A program made the translations under genes and the position numbers. A stretch of DNA of 64,000 nucleotides from Stylophora pistillata (taxonomy: Eukaryota), in contig NW_019217973.1 of assembly GCF_002571385.2 (NCBI RefSeq), positions 237,131 to 301,130 on the forward strand. The letters run 5' to 3'. This document shows, in pieces, positions 52,731 to 64,000 of the stretch; position 1 is the first letter of the stretch, and each line of letters opens with the position of its first letter. The notes below the pieces were generated by a model. The model was given only the letters and a program-made list of their open reading frames with translations, made no database searches and was not told the DNA's origin.

Positions 52731-54504
52731 AATAGACTGTTGGATACCATTGAAAAGCGGTAGTGGTTCTCAAAGAAATCCTTTTCTTTTTAACAATATA
52801 ACTTGTCAAATTTTAATTCTGAATTCAAAATAAAGATAATTAGGTTTCTGCAAGGCGTTGTATACAGATAAATGAATCACCATGACTCCTGATAGTTCTT
52901 TAATATTTAACTTCATAAACAATACCTACAACTGTCTCAGAAAAACTTGAATTTTTCATCCAGATATATTATTTCACAAAAACAAGTCAGAGAAACGTTA
53001 AAAATATCTCTGAGTATAAATGTAGATAAGGCCATAATTAAATTCAAAGTTTCCTATTTCTCCGTTAACACCTTTGGGGTGGAGGTTTATTTGAATTTAA
53101 AGTGGCACTTACAAAGAAGTCAAACAATTTTTCCATTTATCTCCTGTGAAGGCCACAGAGATGGATAGCTAAGAGAAAAAGCTTGTAATGTAACCATGCA
53201 ACGAGCAACATCAAAATGGTAGAATTCAATGAGGATGTGGGAAAGTTTGTTAAATTCAGCAACTTTTTTTAAGGACCATGCATATTCTCAAGGTTAGTCA
53301 AGGAATTTTTCGCCATGGTTCAGCAAACAAGACTCAATATTTAGTTCTGATTTGATGAATCATGTGTATTTTAAGTCAATCAGCATATAATGGAAGTTTG
53401 CTCACTTTCCTGTTAAACAGTTGTTTCAACCAGCATGGGTTGAAGAATTCATTTTGGCATCAAGATTAAAACAGAGAAAGAGAAAGCAATAATGACACCT
53501 GCTTTTGGATTTTCAAATTTATTTCTCCTTTTTGAAACAACCTTTTTTTTATAACTCCTGCCTAAAAACATCATATAAGGGTATATTAACCTTAAGTAAT
53601 TTAATGTTCCATGTGAAACTTTACTACATTCATTGCTCAATACAATTACAGTATTCCATATGAACGGATATTAATAAATGAAAAATGAGTTTCATAGAGA
53701 ATGCAGACCAAATCACTAGAGCTTAACTTCATCAAAGTTCAAATGCCATAAGTGACCTTCTTTTGTCCATGGCCAGGATATTAATAGTGCTCATAAAGGC
53801 TTTTTAAGGCTGGGTATCATGCCCTTTAGAGCAGGTGCCACTTTAAGGCACCCGACCATTCTACTATGAGCAGGCTGTAAACTGCAATAGGTACCCACTG
53901 CTTGTTTCAGTTTAATTTTTAACAAGCCCCATAAATAATTTTACATCTTTTCCATCTTTTTAAGATGACTATGAACTTTTAAATCTCTGAAATCCATGAC
54001 TGAGGAATACATTCACTGCTGCTATGCAATCCACGACTTCAGAAATAATCTTGTTAAAGAGTTGTTAGTTAGTGAATTTCTGGTGGTCAACCGCTGTGCA
54101 CTTAAATACTCTGTATCTTTCCTTCTTCTTCTAAATGGGAAAGAAAAATATATATCTGAGAGAAGGCAATACATGTAGAGATAAGATAATTAGAGAAGTT
54201 ATCCACTAAATAATCTACTAAACAAAACCAAACAAGATATAAGAATACTACCAAAGAAACCCCAGAGATAACAACAAAATTTCTAAAAGCACAAGGGGTA
54301 GATTTGAAATATGACGTATAACTCAAGTATTACAGAGCACAGAGCCAAGGATTGAGTGATTTGCAATATCATGGGTGCATTTATCAATTGGTTGTTATTG
54401 AAAACCTCTACTATGACTATTGCTAAGACTTGCTAATATAAGTATTGCCATTATTGTTTCTGTTTTTGAATACTAATTAATAAATATCAAAGATAATGGT
54501 ACCC

Positions 54505-55004
54505 TCATGTTGTCGTTCTGTTTGTTGGTGTCACCAGTGAGGCTGGTTCAGGTGGAGCATGGAAGAAATACAACTGTAAACAAAAGACAGTTTAGTATGA
54601 CCACCTACGTTAAAGTAAAAAGAAAACAGATCTCAGGCTGAGCTATTCAAACATGTTTCTCTTTAAATTGAATAAACAAATCTTACCTTAAATCCAACAG
54701 CCAAAAGGCCATGCAGGAGAAATATGACCGCAAGAAGAATGCCAGCTATCTAAACAGGGCAGATTTGACAAAAGAGTAAGCGAATGATCTGGCCATGGAA
54801 CCAGAAATTGCAGAAAACACGTAAGAAAATAAAAGGCTAGTCACAGAAACCAGAGTTGCTGGTAAATATTCTCACTACTTACCTTCTTGTCATCATCTTC
54901 AACTGCTGGCCAAAATGTTAACAACAGTACAGCACCTATAAAATTATTGCTGTGGTTATTATACAACCGCCCAAAAAGAAATAACATTGTTTCATTTAAA
55001 ATGC

Positions 55005-55039
<35 letters not shown>

Positions 55040-58000
55040 TTTATTTCTATAGCAGTATATACAAAAGCTCTATATCGCTTTACAATCTAATAAATATCTA
55101 ACTAAATATCTAACTAGATTAATATATAAATCTAATACATTAACTAGCTAAATATCTAACTAGATTTTTCCTTACCTGAGAGAATCATTCCTATCATGAC
55201 AAGAAACCACCTTAACCATTCCAATGGGACAACCCATAACACCTGAGGGGAAAAATATTAATATTATCCACTATTAAAATATTTTGAACAGCCAGTCAGT
55301 CTGTCCACCACTAAGACAGGTTTTCTTTGCAGAAAATTTATTCATCTGCCTATTACACATGAAAAAATTCTAGTAATGTTAAACCCTCAAACTTGCAATA
55401 ATGACACAAAATATTTTCTCCCAACTATATCACTGCAATATCAAGTGTACAGGCAACGATAATAACGAAAAAAAAAAAACATCAACAAAACATCATCAGA
55501 ACTGACGGTGCGAGTGATTATTATCCAACTGTGCCTTGTAGAGTACAAATAACACCTGAGATGAGTACAAATATCATGCAATATTTGTACTCCAGAAATA
55601 TCCGTGAAATTTGCCCGCACTGAAATAACAATTTGGTGCGTTGGATAATAAATCTCTTATTAGATGTCTTTTCATGTAGTATCGCTGAGTAATTTTACTC
55701 ATTGTTTGTATTGTTACTCGCCCTACAGGCTCATCAAAAATACAGCACAACTCGTAAAAATACTCAGCAATACTACACAAGAAAATGTCTAATAAGATAT
55801 ATTGATTGCAGACAGTGAAAACTTTGCCATCAAGATCTTGGAAGTGAAAGAGTTTAAAAGTTTTGGATAGATCTTGTTATCTGTCTATTTCTCTACCTAA
55901 CAATTGTCATTTCTTTCTAACAACTTACTGATATTGGGACATAAATGGACAAGGAATAACCATAAACACAGAGTATCTCTAGAAAGGAATATCCTGCATT
56001 GCTTCTTCTCCAAAGAAGAACTCCCCAAAGAGCTGTTGGTATAAGGAAGGCATATGTGTAGATGGCAGCTGCAGCCAGAGTAACTGTCATGGATGAAAAT
56101 TTGATGGCAGTAATTACTGAACATGGTTTCATACACGTAAAAAGGCTCACATTTTAGAAAAACTGTGAAGAAGAATAATCTTACCAGGAGAGATATTGGA
56201 AAAGAATTATGCGGAAAAGCTGGGTTAAAAGATTCTCGACATCCACAGAACAGGTGATGGGAATAAAAGAATTATTGAAATTGACGTAAACCTTTGTGGA
56301 AATCATACACCCACTCATGTTCTCCACTGTTGATCAGATAGCTTGCCAGGTTACCAGATATTGCTGTGGTAAATACAAGTGTTGCACAAACCCAGAAGGG
56401 ACCTAAAATTAAAGCAATAACAATAACTGGAATAATTTTCAAAACATTCTATTTAATGTACCAACACTGTAAAAAAAAAAAAAAAAAAATAGATATATAT
56501 GGGTAGAGTAACAATCATACTCTACCATAAAGATCAGGATTTGGACGAATGAAAGATACAAGGTAGTTTTTCTTGTAGACTGGTACCATTGATCCAATAA
56601 TCCTCCTAAGGACCTAAAGAACAAACAAACTTGGTTTTAGAGGCTTAGGGCCACAAATTCCCACTGAACAATCCAAGAAGAACTTGAATGTTTCAGAGAT
56701 GAAAATTGATCACTCAATTTCTTTGAAAACAGTTCATTTTATGCAACCTTCTTTTAAAACATAGTAATGGAAAAACACTGTCAGTATCATTTAAAACTTC
56801 ATGGTTTCAATGTGTAATCATCTTACCTGGTATGTATCAACATCAAAGAAGGTTTGGTAATATTCAAATGTCCAGAAGGGTGGTTGTTTTCGCTGTCCCG
56901 CTAAAAGCTAAAACATATTAATTAATATAACTGAAAATCAGTGTAACTGAAAATGTTGCCAGGGAAGTGGCATCACATGAAAACAATTATTGTAATAATT
57001 TTTCATGATAAAAACTCATTCATACCAGAGAAATTCTGTTTTGACAAAAGCATTTTTTTACCAGTTAGGGCTTGACACCAAGGGTACCCAACTAGCCATG
57101 GACTAGTAGAAATTAAGTTTTGGCAAGTGGCTTTCGATTTTTACTGGCCAGTTTTGCTAGTAATCAAACTGAAATTGTTGTAACATCTAAGTTGTCACTG
57201 GCCACTTGGCTAGTAAGTTAAAAAGTTGCTGTCAAGCCCTGCCAGTACCAGCAAGGCTGTGCTCTAAGGAAAATTGAATGGAGCCCAGTGCTCTGAAACT
57301 ATGAAATCCAGGATGCCCAGCATATGCTTTGTATGAAAAAGCTAAAATTCCTGAGCCGCCCAAGAGCAAACATAAGGTGCCAGGGGCCACCAGGCACTGC
57401 TTGACCACAGCCTTGACCAGTAAATATTATTAAACTTTAATAGTTATTCACTCCCCACTTTCATATATAAGCAGTTAAAAAAATCACATTGAGAAAAACT
57501 GAAGTTAGAAAATAAACAAGCAGCATGAAATTAAACTAAACTATGCAAACCTCTGTTTTATCTTCTTCATCATCTGAAAAATAGCAAAGTGAATGAATGA
57601 TTCAGCAACTGCTTAATTTTCAAAGCAGAGAAAGATGATGTATTTATAATTGAACATTCATTCTTATGACTTCTGTATGTAGTCACTCCCATTTCATATT
57701 TTTAAAATTCAGCTTTACACTGCTGGTCTTTTCAGATGATGAATTTAACTAATTACAAATCACCTAAAAAGGCTTGATGATCTGCTGTGCTTGGTTGTTT
57801 TCCAACAGCTTTGATTGGAGCATTTGGATCTTTACTGTTCTGATGATACACTCCCTTGGCAGTCTAGCTGCCAATGTTCTGACTTTCAATTCTTCCCATT
57901 ATTACTCTTAATTGGAGCATCTTACAGACAACCAACATCAAATGCATAGAAAATGAAATTTTGACCTCCTTATCAACAGAAATATATGGATATCAGAATT

Positions 58001-59332
58001 TTCCTATCTTGAATCCCATCCAGTCTGGTCCATTGACACACAAGATGCACAGGATACATTGATTGGTTATTATTCCTACTTCAAACAGAATATGTATTAA
58101 AGAACTAACCATCAGAGAGGTCCTCTAGTGATTGTGTTTTGAGATTAGCAGGGACTGTTCTTCCAGGTTCTTCACCAATGTTACCAACAGTGTTAAGATT
58201 ATTTATATCATCTACTTTGGTAAAATCTGAAAGAAAAATGCTTCCGGTTAACTCCAGCAACAAACTGCACAAAAAATAATGATGTAATTGCAGGGGTATG
58301 AGTAATTTGCTCAGCACCATATGTGTAAATGACTCATCAAATAGGGTAACAAAAATGACACTGTGCAGGCCAGTGATACCTTTACTCTATAATTATTCTG
58401 AATATTGTGTATAGCTATTATTGGACAAGTGATCTAATAAATTCAAACCTTGGAATGTGAAGTCTTCGCTAGCTTCCCCTCCATCCTCCATCTACAAAAA
58501 GAATTCATACCTCTAACCCTTTTATTAACTACTATTAAACTATGATTTAAAACAAAATTCTTCACAAAAGGCTTCCTCTTTGTAAAATTCAGCAATTGGT
58601 ATTATAAGCAACATATGGCAATCTGTGGTCTTTCCTTACACTTAGGTAGCACGGAAAGCCGTAAAACTCTTGAGCAAAAGCTGATCTTTCAAACCAGCAG
58701 TCTAAATCCCAAAGGGATCAACGAACGCTTTTCATTCCACTAATTTACCCGTGTTCCATTTTCTGCCTTTAAAAGCACACACAACCTGCAATTCCTCTAT
58801 TCGCTCCGACGAAGGGCTAATGCTCGAAGCGTCAGCTTGTGTAATCGTTACGGTGACCAATTTACCATTTCAACTTTGTTGATATATCCAAATTAATTGG
58901 TATTATAATCGAGCCCTATACCTACAGATCACTGATTTGATTAAGTTTTTGTGACACAAGCTGAACCCCTTCACAGTTAACACATACAAACTCTGTGACT
59001 ACCATCGTTAGTTTAATTAAATCAAAATTAACCACAGGTAGGATTCCAAGAGCTACTTTAATAATAATTCAGGATAATGCGAGGGGATAACAAAAAAATT
59101 AAATAATATCATCGAGCACTATGGAGTCTAGCTCAGGCAGTCTGGAAATAAACTGGATTAGGTTTTAATGAATTTAAAAAATATTTTTCGTTTTGATATC
59201 GAAGCTAGAGAATTGTAGAAACACATAATTACTGTTTCCTATTTCTGAAGTCTAATTCTTAAAGAAAAGTTAGGGAACAAACTATTTTACCTTCACGTCA
59301 ACGAGGCCAACCTCATCATCACTCTCCGCCAT
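54505..59332 (-). CDS. YIPF1: YIP1 family protein YIPF1/YIPF2; about 12 exons including 59332-59291, 58491-58449, 58226-58110, 57573-57551 (23-nt microexon), 56907-56827, ~56613-56518, ~56402-56292, ~56056-55928, ~55242-55156, ~54935-54883, ~54748-54687, ~54572-54505
   Basis: [82 protein letters not shown] and HGLLAVGFKLYFF are diagnostic of YIPF1/2. Confidence 0.92.
55009..55038. repeat. (AAT)n microsatellite
   Basis: About 10 AAT units. Confidence 0.9.
55540..55800 (+). mobile_element. Hairpin-terminated interspersed repeat, same family as 27860-28130
   Basis: Homologous body, and terminal palindrome bounded by TCTTATTAGA ... TCTAATAAGA. Confidence 0.7.
57066..57241. mobile_element. MITE with 5-bp TSD (hAT5-like)
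   Basis: TAGGGCTTGACA ... TGTCAAGCCCTG flanked by CCAGT on both sides. Confidence 0.75.
57252..57415. mobile_element. Second MITE with 5-bp TSD (hAT5-like)
   Basis: CAAGGCTGTG ... CACAGCCTTG flanked by ACCAG on both sides. Confidence 0.7.
58795..58890 (+). mobile_element. Penelope-like terminal-repeat fragment with a degenerate hammerhead core
   Basis: TCGCT-CCGACGA-AGGGCTAATGCTC-GAAGC-GTC-AGC: hammerhead layout, but with CTGA>CCGA and GAAA>GAAG changes. Confidence 0.5.
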
Positions 59333-59513
59333 TTTTGCTTTTTTGTGCATGCGTGGAGGGGCATGAGCTTTACAATGAAACCGCTGATAAATTTATTGTG
59401 GACACTTTTTCGAAGTAATCCAGGCTACCTCGGCTACCTCTCCACGTGAGGAACACTTTTTAAATAATCGATAATTTAATTATTTTTATTTTCAATCTTT
59501 TACCACGTTGAAA
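59333..59513. promoter_or_regulatory. Compact bidirectional promoter between YIPF1/2 and the histidine biosynthesis gene
   Basis: Divergent ATGs at 59332 (-) and 59514 (+). E-box CACGTG at about 59443, an NRF1-like TGCATGCG, and a YY1-like AAAATGGCGG over the YIPF start. Confidence 0.65.
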
Positions 59514-62500
59514 ATGATAATTCCAAGTGTATATCTGAAAGCAGGGACTCTAGTGGATCCAAAGGATGGAAAAAATGTTGAAGATGTGGCAGGCTGCCTC
59601 GATACAATTTCTTTGTGCCCAGAGTTTACCATAGTGTACCTTGATAAACTCCAGGAAACAAAAGAATTTGGGAAGAAAGCTATGCTTATAACCTCCTGCT
59701 GCGTGGAAATTGAAGTGAACTCTGAGGATGAGGTGTTAGATTTACTAGATACTGGTGCAAACCGTGTCATCCTTAACAGAGATCGCCTACTGCATGACTG
59801 GGGAGAATTTTTACCCAGAGAAAGAATTGTCTGCAAGTTACCTTATGAAAATTGCTTTATCGCAGAATTGGCCAAAGAAATCAATGACCTAAAACACAGA
59901 TCTTGCACCTTTCTTTTGTGTCCACAAAAAGCCTCCCTTGCTGATGAAACATGCCTTGTTGAGTCCATAAAAGAACTTAAGACCCACTTGCGTGACGATG
60001 TGAAACTCATAATATCAATCAGTGGGGTGATTTTGTGCTCAACCATCTCTCAGCTTCACTTCCTCGGGGTTCAGCTTCAACTAAGTACAACTTGGTTACT
60101 AAACGAACTCAGTCTTGGAGAGATTATTGCATCCTGTCTGAAAAGTGACCGATCTGATGGACTTTACCCAACTCTTGTGGTAAGTTTCACAGAAATGTGA
60201 CATGGGCTTCCTATATAGAGGTTTCTTAGGTGTATGTTTAGAAAAGAGATGTTGTTTATATCGGGAAAACAACATGAAATACAACCAAATGCTAGTAAGA
60301 TGCAAGTTTAGGATCTCACCCCAGCCCTCCCCACTTCCATTCACCACTTCTAAAGAAAAAATCTTGTCTACACCCCTCAGTGTAATCAATCAGAGCTTGT
60401 CAAGGGAGGTGGTGGCAGGGAGGGAGGGGAGGGGAGGGGAGGGCAGATGTTTGAAGTGGCAGATAAGGTACAAGAAGTAAAAGTAAGATGACTCATGTGA
60501 AAGAACTTGAAACTGATAAGGCAGAGGGCTGGGACTCAATGTGTGACAGGGCTCAGATATTTTCATTTTCCTTTACTTGTGAGTGAATTTAGCATTATTT
60601 CTTTCATTTTTCCTTAACTGTACTATTTTTTTGTTGTTGTTTTCACTCTCAGACAGATGAGCATAACATTGCATTAGGATTGTGTTACTCAAGTTCTGAG
60701 AGTATCCAAGAAGCAGTGAAAACTAAGAAAGGGGTTTATTTTTCAAGAAAAAGGGGACTATGGAGGAAAGGAGAAACATCAGGAAATCAACAGGTGAAAT
60801 GTTTGAGTATGAAAAAAAAGTGACCTTTAAGTCTGACTTGGTAAAGAAAGTACATTCTTACCTCTAAGTCTTCTTTTTGAAAGTTGAAGAAAGCAAACTG
60901 TGGAGCTAACTTCCTTTTTCCTACACACAGAATCTTAGGCTTGGATTTCATTTTCATATACAACTTTTTTGCAGGATTTGTTGCGAATTTATTTAGACTG
61001 CGATTGTGATACCCTAAAGTTTGTTGTGCGTCAACTTGGTCAAGGATTCTGCCACCTTAACACATGGACTTGCTTTGGAGCTAACAATGGTTTACCATCA
61101 CTTATGAATATATTAAGATCTCGCAAAGAGTCAGCACCTCCAGGATCATACACAAGTCGCTTGTACAATGATAATAAACTGCTGCATGCTAAGATTCGTG
61201 AAGAGGCAGAGGAATTGTGTGAATCAGAAACAAAAGAAGAGATTACTTGGGAAGCAGCTGATGTTTTGTATTTTACACTAGTAAAATGTGCCAAGGCAGG
61301 TGGGTAAAAAGCTGTGTCTGTTGTTTGGGTGAAGATGAGAAAAGATAATTGTTTAGGTATATTTTAAGGGATTGTTCATGTTAAGGAGGGCCTGATATCT
61401 GGAGGGGGACAGTTTAAAGACATTTTAGGAAATGTTGGTTCAGGAGAGGAAAGTCTGACCACAGAGTGAAGACACCATTATCATAATAGTAATGGTGATG
61501 GTAAAATTGTTGACCAAGATAATGACTTACTTTAGAGCTTTATGTTAATTTAAAACTGAGAACTAGACTTTCTTGCAATACCTGTTTTATAGGAGTTTCT
61601 CTGAGTGATATTGAAAAGGTTCTTGATCAAAGGTCACTGAAGGTTAGACGACGTCCTGGTAATGCCAAACCTGGCAAAATCTCTTCCTGTAATGGCCGCC
61701 CTGTAACTGTGGAAAGGGAACATGCTCCTGCCCAGGCTGACTCAGCCATGGTCAGTGTTCAAAACTCTGTTTTAAGAAGCTTTGATTTTGAGCTTCTTAG
61801 TGATAAGGAATTACACGATCTTTGTAAACGTCCTGCAGTGGTTGATAACGAGAAACTAGAGGCTGTTGTAAAACCAATCTTGACCAATGTGCGAAACAAT
61901 GGAGACAAGGCTTTACTGGAATTAACAGAAAGGTTTGATAAAGCTAAGTTGAGCAGTCCTGTGATCAACATGTCTGCCACAGATGAACCAGTCCTTGATA
62001 AAGAGGTAAAGGATGCAATTGATTTGGCTTACAACAACATCTTCAAGTTCCACAAGGCACAACTTGACCTGGAGCCTCTTGTGATAGAAACTTGCAAGGG
62101 TGTGGTTTGCTCTCGGCATGTTAGACCCATTGAAAGAGTGAGTGAACCTTCAAAATTTTATTGTGAGGTTAAAATTAATTGTCTGTTATGGTGTGCATAA
62201 GTATGTTTTGTATTGTAGCAATCAATTTTGTGAATCAACTGAAGGGGATCTTGATTTTCTTAGTTCTTGTTTCTTCTTATTTCATTTTTGTGAGACAAAC
62301 AGAAAGGCTTCAGTCTTCAATTTTTTTTTTAATTTTTGAATGAAAGACGTACTGTCAAGGGTCATGTACTACCAGTCCTAACATACTTTGGCAGTGTAGG
62401 GCTCTTGTTTGACATCTGTGTTTCTTGTAGGTTGGCCTGTATGTCCCAGGTGGTAGTGCTGTTTTGCCATCAACAGCACTTATGCTGGGTATTCCAGCCC

Positions 62501-63134
62501 AGGTGGCAGGATGCAAAGAGGTTATTTTGGCCACCCCACCCAAACAGGATGGTTCAGTTTCTCTTGAAATCCTTTACATTGCAAGAAAAGTTGGTGTTTC
62601 CAAAATATTATTAGCAGGTAAATCATTGGCCATGTAAAGTAAAATATATATATTTTTTATTGAATACCTCATAAGTTTTTTTTTTTTCTATTTTGAGAGA
62701 CACCATCACCTAGTTTCTCCTGACAGTAATACTGGGGTACTGCTAAATTAAACGATGAGACCATGAGAATAAAGGAAATGATTGCCAACCTAAATAAGAA
62801 GCATTTACTGTTTAATGAATTCTCCAAAGGAAATGTACAATCACGTCTATAGAAAAGGATGGAGAATATAAACATTGGTGTTAGGGTGGAAAGGGATAAA
62901 TAATTGAGCTCAGGGCCAAAGGAAATCAAAACATTTTATTTGTTTTGTTTTTTTTTTTATTCAGGTGGGGCTCAAGCAGTGGCAGCAATGGCTTATGGAA
63001 CAGAAAGTGTTCCAAAGGTGGACAAACTGTGTGGTCCAGGAAACTCATTTGTTACTATGGCTAAAATGTTGGTGCAGAATGACAGTTCAGCTTGTGTCAG
63101 CATTGATATGCCTGCAGGACCATCAGAAGTTATG
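59514..63134 (+). CDS. HIS4: Trifunctional histidine biosynthesis protein (PR-AMP cyclohydrolase HisI / PR-ATP pyrophosphatase HisE / histidinol dehydrogenase HisD), fungal HIS4/his-3 architecture; exons 59514-60179, 60653-60793, 60975-61299, 61593-62137, 62431-62617, 62965-63134; continues off window
   Basis: HisI: [47 protein letters not shown]. HisE: SYTSRL...KIREEAEEL...WEAADVLYF. HisD: [83 protein letters not shown]. All junctions are GT-AG and in frame. Confidence 0.96.
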
Positions 63135-63491
63135 GTATGAAAAGTTGAATCAATGCAGTTCTCTTATCTTGAAGCCAATAAGGATTTTCCAGACTTCAAA
63201 ATTTCTAGAAAGTAAGGTCTAACCCCAAGTTGTAGAGGCTGGTCAGCACATTTTAGGAGCCTTGGTTGGGCTTTTCAGCAGTGGAGTCCTACACCAGGGT
63301 CTTAATGGGAATTTAAAAGCTCACCAGGATATTTTATAATTGAATTATAGTTATGATCATTCTAGATAATTAGTTTCTTAAATAAGATGGTTGGTGGGAG
63401 AGTGGAGGGGGGAGGGCAGAGGGGGAAGGGGGGTGAGAAAGGGAGTTTGTTTGGGAAGGATGGGTTTGTGTGTCACACCCAGAGTAGAATC

Positions 63492-64000
63492 TGTAGTACA
63501 CAGCGGTTAAAATGAAATCGGTTTTATTCACGTACCTAAGAGAACTAATTAAATAATTAAACACATGCTGTATATATGCAGGTCTCAAGGGTATTACATC
63601 ACACATCACGCATCACATTACATCGCGCATATTACATGCTCATTGGCATCCGATACACTACATTCCCTCCTTTCCTAAATGCTCAGCATACGAATCGAAG
63701 CCTTTAAATTAAACTAGTCGCTCGATAAAAGGACAAGAAGTTCAAGATATTCAGTTCCTTTNATATTCAGTTCATATTCAGTTTATATGGCTTTATAACG
63801 AGCGGGCGGTCTTACAGTCCGGGTCAATCTCCGAACGGGCTTTCCCACTCTGGTATTTTCATTGTCTGGGAAATGCCTAGGTTGTTCTTGAGAATCTTCA
63901 GATGTTCCAGGAATCTCTTTTGGCATCGGTACGACTGCCGTCTCTGACATTTTGCTTGCCCCTGGGTCATCCACCCATACTGCAGAACCTGCCTGTACCA
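63492..64000 (-). mobile_element. Gypsy-like LTR retrotransposon 3' end (LTR 63492-63662, PPT, pol C-terminus) in an intron of the histidine gene
   Basis: 171-bp LTR bounded by TGTAGT...ACTACA. Minus-strand PPT AGGAAAGGAGGGAA abuts the LTR. The ORF ends in RRLTRTVRPPARY, typical of the Gypsy integrase tail. Confidence 0.8.

Noticed and set aside
58801-58840. Active hammerhead ribozyme
   Set aside because: Two essential core positions are mutated (CCGACGA, GAAG); kept only as a Penelope-like relic.
59514-63134. Fungal or symbiont contamination as the source of the His gene
   Set aside because: No gap separates it from YIPF1 (181 bp away). Intron style and base composition match neighbouring genes.

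Overview
AT-rich, intron-rich eukaryotic (animal) genomic DNA with three assembly gaps (about 20991-21537, 39415-40208, 44587-45365). Gene content and repeats suggest a stony coral, probably of the 'robust' clade (inference). Spliced genes reconstructed by eye: the 5' part of a rhodopsin-class GPCR (-); a complete, strongly divergent beta-tubulin (+, 6 exons); two tandem SLC38A9-like lysosomal amino-acid transporter/mTORC1 sensor paralogs (-, 14 exons each, one exon of copy A presumably in a gap); a large coiled-coil protein (-); YIPF1/2 (-); and, head-to-head with YIPF across only about 180 bp, an intron-containing fungal-type trifunctional histidine biosynthesis gene (HisI-HisE-HisD, HIS4/his-3 type, +) that runs off the window. 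Introns and intergenic DNA carry many mobile elements: a 1.63-kb Polinton/Maverick-like derivative (AG...CT ends, 6-bp TSD) splitting a SINE, a tRNA-derived SINE family with swapped 3' tails, a Penelope-like element, a candidate minimal hammerhead ribozyme, a decayed long-TIR IS630/Tc1/mariner element, BEL/Pao and Gypsy LTR remnants, MITEs with 9-bp and 5-bp TSDs, and hairpin-terminated repeats. No CRISPR arrays, rRNA or bona fide tRNA genes were found. All coordinates were read manually and may be off by a few bases.
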